A stretch of 43,133 nt of DNA from Dehalococcoidia bacterium LH_S1 (GCA_023660035.1 JAGXOF010000001.1:1-43133); one strand, 5' to 3'; counted from the first letter of the stretch, positions 7,187 through 16,551 are shown. Notes: generated from the sequence alone by a model not told the origin. Numbers and translations: made by a program.

Positions 7187-9883
7187 TTATTCCAAAACCA
7201 CTTCGTTGGCACCCAGTTTTCTGTATGAGTCCAGGATGTTGCTATGACAGGTTAAAACGATGACCTGCCTTCCCTGGGAGAACTTTTGCAGTGCCCCGGC
7301 TGCCAGGAGGCCTCTTTTATCGTCGAAGTTCACAAGGACATCATCTATCACTACCGGCATTGGCTCCGATCGTCTTTCGTATTCCTCAATTAATCCCAGC
7401 CGCATCGCCAGGTACAACTGCTCCTTTGTTCCTCTGCTCATCTCAGCCACGCCTTTGATGGCATCCCAATTGTCACGTATCCTCAGTTCATCGCTGTCTA
7501 TGGGTTTGATGATGCCGCTGTACAGCTGAGCGGTGATATCGCGGAAAGCACCCTCAGCAGACTTGATCACACTGGGTTGCCGGGTGTTCTCATACTTTGC
7601 TATTGCTTTCTCTATCGTGAACAGGGGTATCTGGGCTCTGATCCACTGTCTGGAATATTCATGAAGCTGCTGTTTCCTCTCCTCCAGTTCTCCCTGTTTT
7701 TTCAACAGTTCCTCGTTTGAGGATAGACGTTCTATCTCGTTATTGAGGTTGCCGATGTCCTGATTCTTTTGCTTGCGGTCATTTTCCCGTGACTCTACCT
7801 CCTCGTTTACCTGGTGTAACTCAAGATCGATGTTCTCCGGGTTTGCCGCTGAAATCGATTGGATGAAGCTATCATAATCGCCGCCGCTGCCGACTGTAGA
7901 TTGTATAATCCTTTTGGCCTCTTCTTCCCGCTGGCGTAGCTCCTTTCGCTTTTTGCAGATTTCGTACTTGTGCCTGAAATCATCTTCATCCACTGCTCCC
8001 ATATAGGAGATATACTGCTGAAGGCCCCTCTGGATGCGATCCCTCTTTTCAGTAAGGTCCTCGAGATTGGATTTCAATTCGGCGAGTTTCTCCTCTGCCT
8101 GTTCTTTGTCCCTCTTTGCATCCTTTGCCTCGTTCAAACGCTGTACGAAAATCTCTATGTTCCCGGCGATGTCATTGCCCAGATTTTCATGAAGGCAGGG
8201 ACCGACCTCATCGTGGAGTCTTTTCCCCTGATCAAGCGTGTTTTGCATCTTTTGAATCTGGCTGTTCAAGTCGTTTAGTGAAGAGAGCCTGGACTGGATG
8301 TCTCTGATAGATCTCATGAGTTCAACTGTTCCTTGCGGCGATAGGTTCTCATCGAAACCTTTGTCTCGTAAGAAATTGTGCCATTCCTGCTCCAGATTTC
8401 GATGCTCTGATTCGGCCTGGTTCAGTCTCACTTCCAGCTCTTCTCCCATCCGGTCCTTTACAACAGGTTTTTTGCCTTTCCAGAGGGTTATGATGGCTAG
8501 TGCTCCTGTCACCATGATAATGGCTGAAATACTTGCCACTGCCCACTGGGCTGAGACTCCTCCCAAAACAGTGCCAGCCAGGCCAAGGATGGACATGAAA
8601 TACAGGATGAATCTGTACAAAACAGGACCTTCAATGCCCTTTGAGGAGTTCGCTAGTTTCTGTTCCCGGTGTACATCCAGCTTGTTGCGTGCATTCTGGA
8701 CATTTGTTGCTACATTATCCAGCTTTGACCTGTACTGGCCGATGGTGTCATTATCACCGTGGGTCATGTTAAACTGCCTGGCTCTTTCCTCGGTCCACTC
8801 TGGGCCTATCTGTGCTATGTCCTTCTCAATGGACTGCTGGGTTTCATCTCTTTTTCTAATCGTCTCAATAATATTGGTTGAAGCGTCCTTGTAAGCGTCG
8901 CTTGACTTCTGCAGCGAGACTATAGCGGACTCCTTCTCTAATAGCTCCTGGTTATAGGTGATGTTATCCCTTTTTCTCTCCTCATCCTTGAGCTCTCGCT
9001 CTACTCCTTCAATTTCCTCCTCAAGGGATGAAAACTTTTCCTTCTTGCTTTTCAGATGTGTCAATGCGTCCTCAGGGAAGTCTGGTACCTCCTCCAACTT
9101 GGCTAGCTCGGTTTGGGCTTCCGTGAGATCGATATAGGGCGAAAACAGTTTACTCTTGTTTTGCAAGGACCGTTGCTTCGCGTACAGCTCCCGGAGCCTT
9201 TTCCCAAGCTCTTCCTCTTCTGCTGTGAGGTTATCTCGTTGCCTGACCTTTTCATCGTAATCCGCCAGCTCTTGCTGCATTTGACGTATATTTCGTTCTA
9301 GTTCCCTTATTTCGTTGTAGACCTGTGGTATTTTCTGTGTTGAACCGCGTGCTTTATACAGTTTGTCAGACTGGTCGGAGAATTCTTTTTTGATCTCTGT
9401 TAAGGATACATTCCCCAGCCCAAGCCCCGCCCCGTAGATTCGGTGCTTGACATCCTCTCCCTGAAGCGTCTCGATTTGCTGAAGCTCGTCGAGGCTGATC
9501 GCATATACATTCTCATAGAACCGCTTCGATGTATGCCCGAGTATGCGTTCGAGTTCCTCATATCCCTTGACCTCACCTGACTCCGTGGTGACCGTTACTT
9601 CACCACCTTTTCTGCCGGTGCTCCTCGCTACTGTAATCCTCTCACCACTCTGCACCTCGCATATCATCTGTCCTCCGTATGCGTTACCGGAGAGTGACGG
9701 ATAGGGATTGGATTTTTCGTTACCAGGGGGGAAACCAAACAGCATTCTTCTGATGAAGGCGAGCAATGTGGTTTTCCCAAACTCGTTGGAGCCGTAGATC
9801 ACATTGATGCCCGGTCTAAACCCGGTAATGTGTTTGTCGGCGAAAACGCCGAATCCGTCTATGTGGAGTTCGCTCAGTTGCAT
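7187..9883 (-). CDS. Rad50/SbcC-like ABC ATPase of the YhaN (SbcE) type, with coiled coils and a central two-helix membrane hairpin
   Basis: 898 aa. It has an N-terminal Walker A (GSNEFGKTT), C-terminal signature/Walker B motifs (SRGTKEQLYLAMRLGL...PVVIDDVLVNFD), and heptad-rich arms. Residues about 421-468 are hydrophobic (VLYRFILYFMSILGLAGTVLGG...ISAIIMVTGALAIITLW). There is no CxxC zinc hook. Confidence 0.85.
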   Translation of the reverse strand: MQLSELHIDGFGVFADKHITGFRPGINVIYGSNEFGKTTLLAFIRRMLFGFPPGNEKSNPYPSLSGNAYGGQMICEVQSGERITVARSTGRKGGEVTVTTESGEVKGYEELERILGHTSKRFYENVYAISLDELQQIETLQGEDVKHRIYGAGLGLGNVSLTEIKKEFSDQSDKLYKARGSTQKIPQVYNEIRELERNIRQMQQELADYDEKVRQRDNLTAEEEELGKRLRELYAKQRSLQNKSKLFSPYIDLTEAQTELAKLEEVPDFPEDALTHLKSKKEKFSSLEEEIEGVERELKDEERKRDNITYNQELLEKESAIVSLQKSSDAYKDASTNIIETIRKRDETQQSIEKDIAQIGPEWTEERARQFNMTHGDNDTIGQYRSKLDNVATNVQNARNKLDVHREQKLANSSKGIEGPVLYRFILYFMSILGLAGTVLGGVSAQWAVASISAIIMVTGALAIITLWKGKKPVVKDRMGEELEVRLNQAESEHRNLEQEWHNFLRDKGFDENLSPQGTVELMRSIRDIQSRLSSLNDLNSQIQKMQNTLDQGKRLHDEVGPCLHENLGNDIAGNIEIFVQRLNEAKDAKRDKEQAEEKLAELKSNLEDLTEKRDRIQRGLQQYISYMGAVDEDDFRHKYEICKKRKELRQREEEAKRIIQSTVGSGGDYDSFIQSISAANPENIDLELHQVNEEVESRENDRKQKNQDIGNLNNEIERLSSNEELLKKQGELEERKQQLHEYSRQWIRAQIPLFTIEKAIAKYENTRQPSVIKSAEGAFRDITAQLYSGIIKPIDSDELRIRDNWDAIKGVAEMSRGTKEQLYLAMRLGLIEEYERRSEPMPVVIDDVLVNFDDKRGLLAAGALQKFSQGRQVIVLTCHSNILDSYRKLGANEVVLE

Positions 9884-9884
9884 C

Positions 9885-11159
9885 TCAACTCTCTAAGAAT
9901 TCGTCCAGTGTTGTACTCCTGGCCTCCCGGATAAGCTCCAGCATTTCTTCCTTCGAGGGGTATTCCACATACCTCTGCCCCTGCCAGTTTGCGAACAGCA
10001 TCTCCAGCCGTTTCTCCAGTTCCTCCCACATGGGGCCTTCCCCGCTCTCCAGTTCATCGTAGATGGCCACGATATCAGCGATGAAATCCTCGCCTTGTCT
10101 TAAGGATTCGAGATTATACGTCCCGGCGGTGTCGAGGCTCAGCTTCTCCAGCCATATCTCCGGGTCTCGACCTTCAAGCTCTTCTCTGATGTGTTCTGTG
10201 ATTTCGTTCACGGTGTTGCCTCTGCGTAGTTCGGCGTCAAGGTTTGTCCTACCAGTGAGCGATGCTCGGACTACGGCATGACGCCCGTCCATGCTTTTGG
10301 AGATGTCCTCGCATTTTGCGCTGATCGATGATATCACATCGTCGATGCTGGCGCATTCGGAGATATTCACGGCATCTGACTGGTAACGGACGATGTCGGT
10401 GGGCACAAATCGGATATCGGGATCTGACCCTGCTTCGAGCGTGACCAGGTAGCAGCCCTTCTCGCCAGTTTCCCCTGGATGCCTGCTCTGGGAGCACCCA
10501 GGGTACACGATTACCGGATCGCTTTCCCGCAACTTCGAAGCCACGTGGACATGCCCCAATGCCCAGTAGTGAATCCCTCTTCCAACGAGGTCGTTAACGG
10601 TGCAGGGAGCATATGGCTCGTGCCCCGTGTGTCCTATGTTTGCGTGAAGGAGGCCGATGTGCGGGAGATTTCTTTCCGCTAAACTCAGACCAGCCTCTTC
10701 CGGGCGGTGAAACCGCAGTGCCAGGTTCTCATATACATCTCTTTTCGGGAAACTGATCCCGGAGATATGTGCAATGACCTCACCATTACGGGCTACCTGC
10801 TTTGTCTCGACCCTGTCTCCGGGGAAGATGAAGGCGTTTTCAGGCCACTCTAGAGTCGCCGACCAGCTATCCAGCGGGTCGTGGTTGCCGTGGATGATGA
10901 AGCTGGCGATGCCTGCATCGGAGAGGCGCTTGAGTGCGTCCCTGAATTTCAACTGCGCCTGAACGCTTCTGTTGGCGCTGTCGTATATATCTCCTGCTAT
11001 CACGACACAGTCGACGGCTTCCTTTATCGCCAGGTCAACGATGTTATTGAATGATTGATAAGTAGATTGATACAGCAGTTCCCTCAGCTCCGGGTTCACG
11101 TCGGAGATGCCCTTGAAAGGGCTGTCGATGTGCAAGTCAGCGCAGTGGATAAATTTCAT
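9885..11159 (-). CDS. Mre11/SbcD-like metallophosphoesterase (YhaO/SbcF type DNA repair exonuclease)
   Basis: 424 aa with calcineurin-like motifs ADLHID, GDIYD, GNHD and GHVH. Its stop lies 1 nt from the start of the downstream ATPase. Confidence 0.85.
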   Translation of the reverse strand: MKFIHCADLHIDSPFKGISDVNPELRELLYQSTYQSFNNIVDLAIKEAVDCVVIAGDIYDSANRSVQAQLKFRDALKRLSDAGIASFIIHGNHDPLDSWSATLEWPENAFIFPGDRVETKQVARNGEVIAHISGISFPKRDVYENLALRFHRPEEAGLSLAERNLPHIGLLHANIGHTGHEPYAPCTVNDLVGRGIHYWALGHVHVASKLRESDPVIVYPGCSQSRHPGETGEKGCYLVTLEAGSDPDIRFVPTDIVRYQSDAVNISECASIDDVISSISAKCEDISKSMDGRHAVVRASLTGRTNLDAELRRGNTVNEITEHIREELEGRDPEIWLEKLSLDTAGTYNLESLRQGEDFIADIVAIYDELESGEGPMWEELEKRLEMLFANWQGQRYVEYPSKEEMLELIREARSTTLDEFLES

Positions 11160-11171
11160 AGTTTATCCTCA

Positions 11172-12086
11172 TTATAGGATTGGAAGATGCACTTTGTCCA
11201 GCCTGTGGAGTCCGGCCTCGCGGGCCAGCCTTAGTGCCTCCTGATATTCTTCCCTGGTTATGCGACGCGTCAGACTCGGTACCTCCCGGGCTCTGTAAGA
11301 GGGATAGTACTGGTCCATTACATTAACATAAGTATTCGTAGAAATTTCATCAGCGATGAAACTTATGGTTTCCGGTGTCCCTGCGAGTCCGTCGGGCAGG
11401 ACCAGATGGCGGACCAGGAGACCTTTCCGGGCTACTCCGTTCTCGTCCATCTTCAGATCGCCTGTCTGACGGTGCATTTCCTTGACCGCAGCTCTGTTTA
11501 TCGCCGGGTAGTTCGTGATCCCCGAGAGCTTCTTCGCTGTTTTCTCGTCGCTGTATTTCATGTCTGGCATATAGATATCGATAATCCCGTCGAGTATTGC
11601 CAGGATTTCCAGGGAATCGTATCCGCCGCTATTATATACCAGCGGAATATGCAGTCCCAACTGCACCGCTATTTCCAGTGCCTCTAGGATTTGAGGGACT
11701 ACGTGAGTCGGTGAGACGAGGTTTATATTGTGACAACCCTGATTTTGGAGGGAGAGCATCATTTGAGCTAGATTTTCCCTGCTTACCTTTTCGCCCTGGC
11801 CTAGCTGGCTTATCTCATAGTTCTGGCAGTAGACGCATTGCAGGTTGCAATTGGTGAAGAAAATCGTGCCCGAGCCGTGCTTGCTGACCAGCGGCTTTTC
11901 CTCGCCGAAATGAGCCCCGAAGCTCGATACCATTGCCTGTGCCCCGGTCTGGCATGTTCCCTTCTCATTATTAAGGCGGTTGACGCTGCATTCACGTGGA
12001 CAGACCCGGCATGATTCCAGCAGGGATCTGGCTTCCCTGACCCTGTTTTTTATCTCGCTGCTCTGGTAGAGTTCCGGGTAGCTCAT
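11172..12086 (-). CDS. PflX-like radical SAM protein (pyruvate formate-lyase activase homolog of unknown function)
   Basis: 304 aa with an N-terminal CRVCPRECSVNR...GTC motif plus the CNLQCVYC radical-SAM cluster. It lies 12 nt upstream of the phosphoesterase gene, and a GAGGA ribosome-binding site sits between them. Confidence 0.85.
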   Translation of the reverse strand: MSYPELYQSSEIKNRVREARSLLESCRVCPRECSVNRLNNEKGTCQTGAQAMVSSFGAHFGEEKPLVSKHGSGTIFFTNCNLQCVYCQNYEISQLGQGEKVSRENLAQMMLSLQNQGCHNINLVSPTHVVPQILEALEIAVQLGLHIPLVYNSGGYDSLEILAILDGIIDIYMPDMKYSDEKTAKKLSGITNYPAINRAAVKEMHRQTGDLKMDENGVARKGLLVRHLVLPDGLAGTPETISFIADEISTNTYVNVMDQYYPSYRAREVPSLTRRITREEYQEALRLAREAGLHRLDKVHLPIL

Positions 12087-12104
12087 TTATCCTTGCCTGG
12101 TCAT

Positions 12105-12176
12105 GTCATTCTGAATTTAATTCAGAATCTCCTGCGAGTCTCTGATACTGGATTCCGCATCGGAGGGCGGGATGAC
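12105..12176. repeat. Inverted pair of REP-like palindromic units (GTCAT...AATCC termini)
   Basis: GTCATTCTGAATTTAATTCAGAATC (12105-12129) contains a perfect 8-bp palindrome. An opposite-orientation unit GGATTCCGCATCGGAGGGCGGGATGAC lies at 12150-12176. A related unit is at 26695-26720. Confidence 0.5.
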
Positions 12177-12213
12177 GTCTTCGGAGCAGGCATGCTGATA
12201 CCGGGATAGCCAC

Positions 12214-13209
12214 CTAAATCAAGCCGGCGACTTTGGGACACAACGGGTCAGGGGCATGGATGTTTCCTGACATCAGTTGGGCTCTCGCGAAGCACCCTCC
12301 TCGACATTTGTCCCTGAAGGGACAATCCAGGCAGGGAGAGGCAAGCTCCGGTTCGATAACAGACTTTACAATCTGGCTTTCCTGCTGCTCTTCCCAGGCC
12401 TGAGAAAGGGGTTTATTCCCAACGCTTGAGGGTCTGGTGTCGAGCACATCGCAGAGGAGCACGTTGCCTTGTGGATCGAGGTCCATCTCGTCATAAGTGC
12501 GGCAGAAGTCATAGTGGACGAAGTTGGACTGAACCACGAGTCCTGCGAACGGCATGCACCATAAAGAAACGGGGAATTGCAATTCCTCCGCCTTCTTGTC
12601 TATCTTCTGAAGCGTAGACATCAATTCCTCAGGTTGAAGGATCAGGTCCATGCTCGCCCTTCCTGCAGGCATGACGGGAATAAAACATCCCGCCGTGGCT
12701 CCCAGGTCTTTAGCCAGGGAAAGACAATCGGGTGCTTCGGTCCAGTTCAGCTTATTGAGTGCCATCACAGTGGCAAAGCCTACCGAAAACTTGCGCAGTT
12801 TTTCAACCGCACCGGTAACATAGTCCCAGCTCCCGGAACCGCGAAGCCTCTCGTAAGTTTTCCTATTTGGGCCGTCGATGCTCAGAAAGAGGAATGTCCC
12901 ACAGTTTGCGAGCTGCTCAGCTATCTCATCAGTGATATCGAGGCCGCTTGTCACTATGCTGGTGGTTATTCCTGAGCGGTATGCGTGTTCAATCAGCCTC
13001 AGTGAGTCATCCCTGAGAAAGATGCTGCCACCTGAGAAACCAACATGGTTTACGCCGAATGCAGCCATCTCGTTTAGCAAGTCGAAACTACGTTTCTCGT
13101 CCAAATTGCCCTGTTTTGGGAATCTGGATGCGTAGCAGTGGAGACAAGACTGGGTACATCTGGCAGTGAGCAGCCAGATCACAAGTTGTGGGGCGTTTGG
13201 AGTGCTCAT
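12214..13209 (-). CDS. Radical SAM / SPASM domain protein
   Basis: 331 aa with the CTQSCLHC cluster and a C-terminal SPASM-like CLDCPFRDKCRGGCFARA...CP. Confidence 0.85.
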   Translation of the reverse strand: MSTPNAPQLVIWLLTARCTQSCLHCYASRFPKQGNLDEKRSFDLLNEMAAFGVNHVGFSGGSIFLRDDSLRLIEHAYRSGITTSIVTSGLDITDEIAEQLANCGTFLFLSIDGPNRKTYERLRGSGSWDYVTGAVEKLRKFSVGFATVMALNKLNWTEAPDCLSLAKDLGATAGCFIPVMPAGRASMDLILQPEELMSTLQKIDKKAEELQFPVSLWCMPFAGLVVQSNFVHYDFCRTYDEMDLDPQGNVLLCDVLDTRPSSVGNKPLSQAWEEQQESQIVKSVIEPELASPCLDCPFRDKCRGGCFARAQLMSGNIHAPDPLCPKVAGLI

Positions 13210-13235
13210 ATATTTCTTAAGCGTTCAGTCGCCGT

Positions 13236-14288
13236 CTAGACTGCTAGCGTGTGAAGCATTTCCAGCAGATGGGGGTCCAATTCTTTTCTCTTCCCCCAGG
13301 TGTCCTTGAGAGGGGTGCATGTCGGTGTTGAGCCGGACTCTCCTACCATAACCCCGTGTTGTCCTTCCAGTAGTTCATAAACGGCTGCTACTCCCAGCTC
13401 GCTGGCCAGAATCCTATCTTTGGCTGTTGGGGCACCTCCTCGCTGGACGTGTCCAAGCGATACGCAGCGATATTCTATGTTGACTTTCTTTCCGACCTTC
13501 TCGGCTATGGATCGGGCACCATCAGGGGTTTCCCCCTCGGCTACCACTACCAGAGCGCTTTTCAATCCTTTACTCAACCTTTTTTCCAACCTTTGGCTCA
13601 ATGCTCCTATGTTGGTTTCCGTTTCGGGAATCAGGATCTCGTTGGCTCCTCCTGCTATTCCTACCGCCAAGGCAATGAATCCTCGGCTCCGTCCCATAAC
13701 CTCGACGAAGAACAGCATCTGCAAAGATTCAGCGCTATCGCGAATTCTGTCTATTGCTTGAAGAGCGGTATTCACGGCTGTGTCAAATCCGATGGAAAAG
13801 TCCGTTCCGTATACGTCATTGTCTATTGTCGCCGGTATCCCAATAACCTTGACACCCCCGGTCTCGGCAAGCTTTGTTGCGGCACGAAAAGCGCCATCGC
13901 CGCCGATGACAATGAGATCATCGATTCCTGATGATTTAAGAACATCTATGGATTTTTCGATGCCCTCTGAGGTCTTTATATCCTCGCATCGCTCGCTGTC
14001 CAGGAACGTGCCTCCTCTTTGAAGGATGCCGCTAACCCTCATTTCTCCAAGCGGGATCATGTCCTTATTAATGAGTCCCCAGTAGCCGCGCCTTATCCCC
14101 ACAATCTCTACCCGTTTAGAGCTAGCACTTCTCACAATCGCTCTGATGCAGGCATTCATGCCCGGCGCGTCGCCACCGCTGGTCAGGACGCCGATTTTCT
14201 TCATCTTCGTTTTCGTCGCCATTGCTTTATTCTCTCGTTTCATTATATTCCCAGCGTTGGCAACGGACAATGGGGTTAACCTTTGCAA
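13236..14288 (-). CDS. pfkA: ATP-dependent 6-phosphofructokinase (start likely internal, at 14243, 14222 or 14204)
   Basis: It has the motifs GVLTSGGDAPGMNA, GGDG, PATIDND, MGR and HVQRGG. The N-terminal 15-28 residues of the longest ORF are not PFK-like. Confidence 0.9.
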   Translation of the reverse strand: MQRLTPLSVANAGNIMKRENKAMATKTKMKKIGVLTSGGDAPGMNACIRAIVRSASSKRVEIVGIRRGYWGLINKDMIPLGEMRVSGILQRGGTFLDSERCEDIKTSEGIEKSIDVLKSSGIDDLIVIGGDGAFRAATKLAETGGVKVIGIPATIDNDVYGTDFSIGFDTAVNTALQAIDRIRDSAESLQMLFFVEVMGRSRGFIALAVGIAGGANEILIPETETNIGALSQRLEKRLSKGLKSALVVVAEGETPDGARSIAEKVGKKVNIEYRCVSLGHVQRGGAPTAKDRILASELGVAAVYELLEGQHGVMVGESGSTPTCTPLKDTWGKRKELDPHLLEMLHTLAV

Positions 14289-14328
14289 ATGTGAGTGGTT
14301 TTTGGGATATTATAGATGAGGAGTTGTG

Positions 14329-16551
14329 ATGGCTATCACTAAACAGCAATTAGACGACGTTGCCCTTTCGGAAGAGGAATATCAACTCATCGTCGAACGC
14401 CTGGGGCGGGAGCCTACTATCGTTGAACTGGGAATGTTCGGATCATTGTGGAGCGAGCATTGTGGCTATCAGCATTCCAAGCCCCTGTTCAAGCTCTTCC
14501 CCACAAAGGGTGAGGGCGTGCTCACCGAGATCGGCGAGGAGAACGCCGGTGCTGTTAATCTCGGCGATGGACTTGCGCTGGTGATGAAGATGGAGTCCCA
14601 TAACCATCCCTCGGCCGTTGAGCCGTATGAGGGGGCGGCGACGGGGGTGGGGGGAATCGTACGGGATATCTTCACCATGGGAGCCCGGCCTATCGCCCTT
14701 ATGAATTCTCTCAGGTTCGGACCGTTGAGCGAGCCGCGCAATCGCTACCTTTTTAGTGGGGTGGTGGGTGGAATTGCGGGATACGGCAATTGCCTGGGCA
14801 TTCCGGACATCGGAGGCGAGATATACTTCTCTGAAAGCTATTCGGGGAATCCTCTGGTCAATGCCATGTGTGTGGGCCTGCTCGAGACGCCGAAGCTGGT
14901 GAAGGCCCAAACAGGGGGAGCGGGGAACCTGTTGATGCTGGTCGGCGCTGATACGGGTCGGGATGGACTCCACGGGGCTTCAGGATTGGCCTCAAGGGTG
15001 TTTGAGGATGAGCGTGAGCTGCGCTCCACCGTGCAGGTCGGGAATCCCTTCCTGGAGAAATTGTTAATCGAGGCCTGCCTGGAATTGAAGGACACCGACT
15101 GGATTGTGGGGATGCAGGATCTGGGTGCGGCGGGATTGACCAGTTCGGCGGTGGAAAGTGCCTCCCGGAGTGGCAGCGGGGTGGAAATAGATGTGCTGAA
15201 AGTGCCTCGTCGTGCAGAGGGTATGAATCCATATGAGATCATGCTCTCCGAATCGCAGGAGCGCATGCTGGTTGTGGTGAAAGAAGGTTATGAGGATAAG
15301 GTCAAATCCGTTTTTGATCAATATGACTTGCGGTCGGATATTATCGGCCGGGTAACGGATGACAGAATTGCCCGCATTATGGAAGGTTCTCAGGTAGTTG
15401 CTGAAGCACCGATCGAGTTCCTCACCGATCCTCCGCTATACCGTTTGCAAGGGATTAAGCCCGCCTGGCTTGACGAATTACAGGGTTTTGATCTGGAATC
15501 TTTGCCTGATTTGCGCCGCGAGGAGGCCTCGTCGGTTCTGCTGAAATTGCTTTCCTCGCCGAATATCGCCAGTAAGGAATGGGTCTATCGTCAGTATGAC
15601 CATCAGGTCCAGATCAACACAGTGGTACCGCCGGGGAGCGATGCGGCGGTGCTGCGACTCAAAGGGACTCCCAAGGGCATTGTCCTTACCAACGACGGGG
15701 ATGGTCGATATTGTTATCTGGAGCCGTATGCGGGTGGCGCCATCACTGTGGCTGAAGCGGCTCGCAACCTTGCCTGTTCGGGGGCAAAACCCCTGGCCAT
15801 CACCGATTGCCTTAACTTCGGCGATCCGGAGAAGCTTGAGGTCTACTGGCAGCTTGAAGGGTGTATTAAAGGGATGGCTGAGGCGTGTCGGGTGTTTGGG
15901 ATTCCGGTCATTAGCGGGAATGTCAGTCTTTATAACGAGAGGGGGAGCCGTTCCATCTACCCCACTCCTATTGTGGGAATGGCCGGACTTATTGATGACA
16001 TCGAGAAGCGCTGTGATATGTCTTTCAAGGGCGATGGTGATGTGGTGGTGGTTTTGGATGGCAGAGGAGAGGAGGATCAGAGGGGCAAGGGAGCGGAGGA
16101 GTTGAGTGGAAGTGAATATCTGGAATGTGTACATGACAAGGTCGCTGGTAGACCCTCGATAGACCTGGAACGTGAGAAGTCGCTTCAGGGGTGTCTCCTC
16201 TCCGCAGGGGGGGAAGGTCTGTTGAAATCCGCACATGATTGTTCCGACGGCGGGCTGACGGTAGCCCTTGCTGAATCGTGTATTTCCGGGAACATCGGAT
16301 TTCAAGGGAAATGGGAGGGCGCCGGGCGACTTGACGTAACATTGTTCGGTGAGGGGCAGTCGAGGGTAGTGGTCTCTGTGGCGCCGGAAAACCTGGGCAA
16401 GCTTGAGGAAATTGCGGCCCAGCGTAAAATACAGGTGCACAGGCTTGGCGTAGCTGGCGGGAACCGTTTCGTTGTTGAAGGGATTATCGCCCTTCCGGTA
16501 AGCGAGTTGACCGATGCGTGGAGGCATGGATTGGAGAGGGCGACAGGCTAG
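14329..16551 (+). CDS. purL: Phosphoribosylformylglycinamidine synthase subunit PurL
   Basis: About 740 aa with the typical PurL N-terminus (LSEEEYQLIVERLGREPT..ELGMFGSLWSEHCGY), HNHPS, and duplicated AIR-synthase-like domains. A GAGGAG ribosome-binding site lies 5 nt before the ATG at 14329. Confidence 0.95.
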   Translation: MAITKQQLDDVALSEEEYQLIVERLGREPTIVELGMFGSLWSEHCGYQHSKPLFKLFPTKGEGVLTEIGEENAGAVNLGDGLALVMKMESHNHPSAVEPYEGAATGVGGIVRDIFTMGARPIALMNSLRFGPLSEPRNRYLFSGVVGGIAGYGNCLGIPDIGGEIYFSESYSGNPLVNAMCVGLLETPKLVKAQTGGAGNLLMLVGADTGRDGLHGASGLASRVFEDERELRSTVQVGNPFLEKLLIEACLELKDTDWIVGMQDLGAAGLTSSAVESASRSGSGVEIDVLKVPRRAEGMNPYEIMLSESQERMLVVVKEGYEDKVKSVFDQYDLRSDIIGRVTDDRIARIMEGSQVVAEAPIEFLTDPPLYRLQGIKPAWLDELQGFDLESLPDLRREEASSVLLKLLSSPNIASKEWVYRQYDHQVQINTVVPPGSDAAVLRLKGTPKGIVLTNDGDGRYCYLEPYAGGAITVAEAARNLACSGAKPLAITDCLNFGDPEKLEVYWQLEGCIKGMAEACRVFGIPVISGNVSLYNERGSRSIYPTPIVGMAGLIDDIEKRCDMSFKGDGDVVVVLDGRGEEDQRGKGAEELSGSEYLECVHDKVAGRPSIDLEREKSLQGCLLSAGGEGLLKSAHDCSDGGLTVALAESCISGNIGFQGKWEGAGRLDVTLFGEGQSRVVVSVAPENLGKLEEIAAQRKIQVHRLGVAGGNRFVVEGIIALPVSELTDAWRHGLERATG

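Noticed and set aside
7187-11159. The Rad50-like/Mre11-like pair as a member of a named anti-phage system (Lamassu, Wadjet, Gabija, Septu, PARIS)
   Set aside because: The partner domains do not match any of these systems: there is no LmuA effector, JetABD, TOPRIM/OLD, HNH or UvrD. The pair looks like YhaO/YhaN (SbcF/SbcE) DNA-repair homologs. I keep only the unusual radical-SAM linkage and the membrane hairpin as findings.
15478-16527. A 349-aa ORF on the minus strand
   Set aside because: It lies entirely antisense within purL. Its composition is Arg/Pro/Leu-rich and low-complexity, as is typical of shadow ORFs. It has no motifs and no ribosome-binding site.
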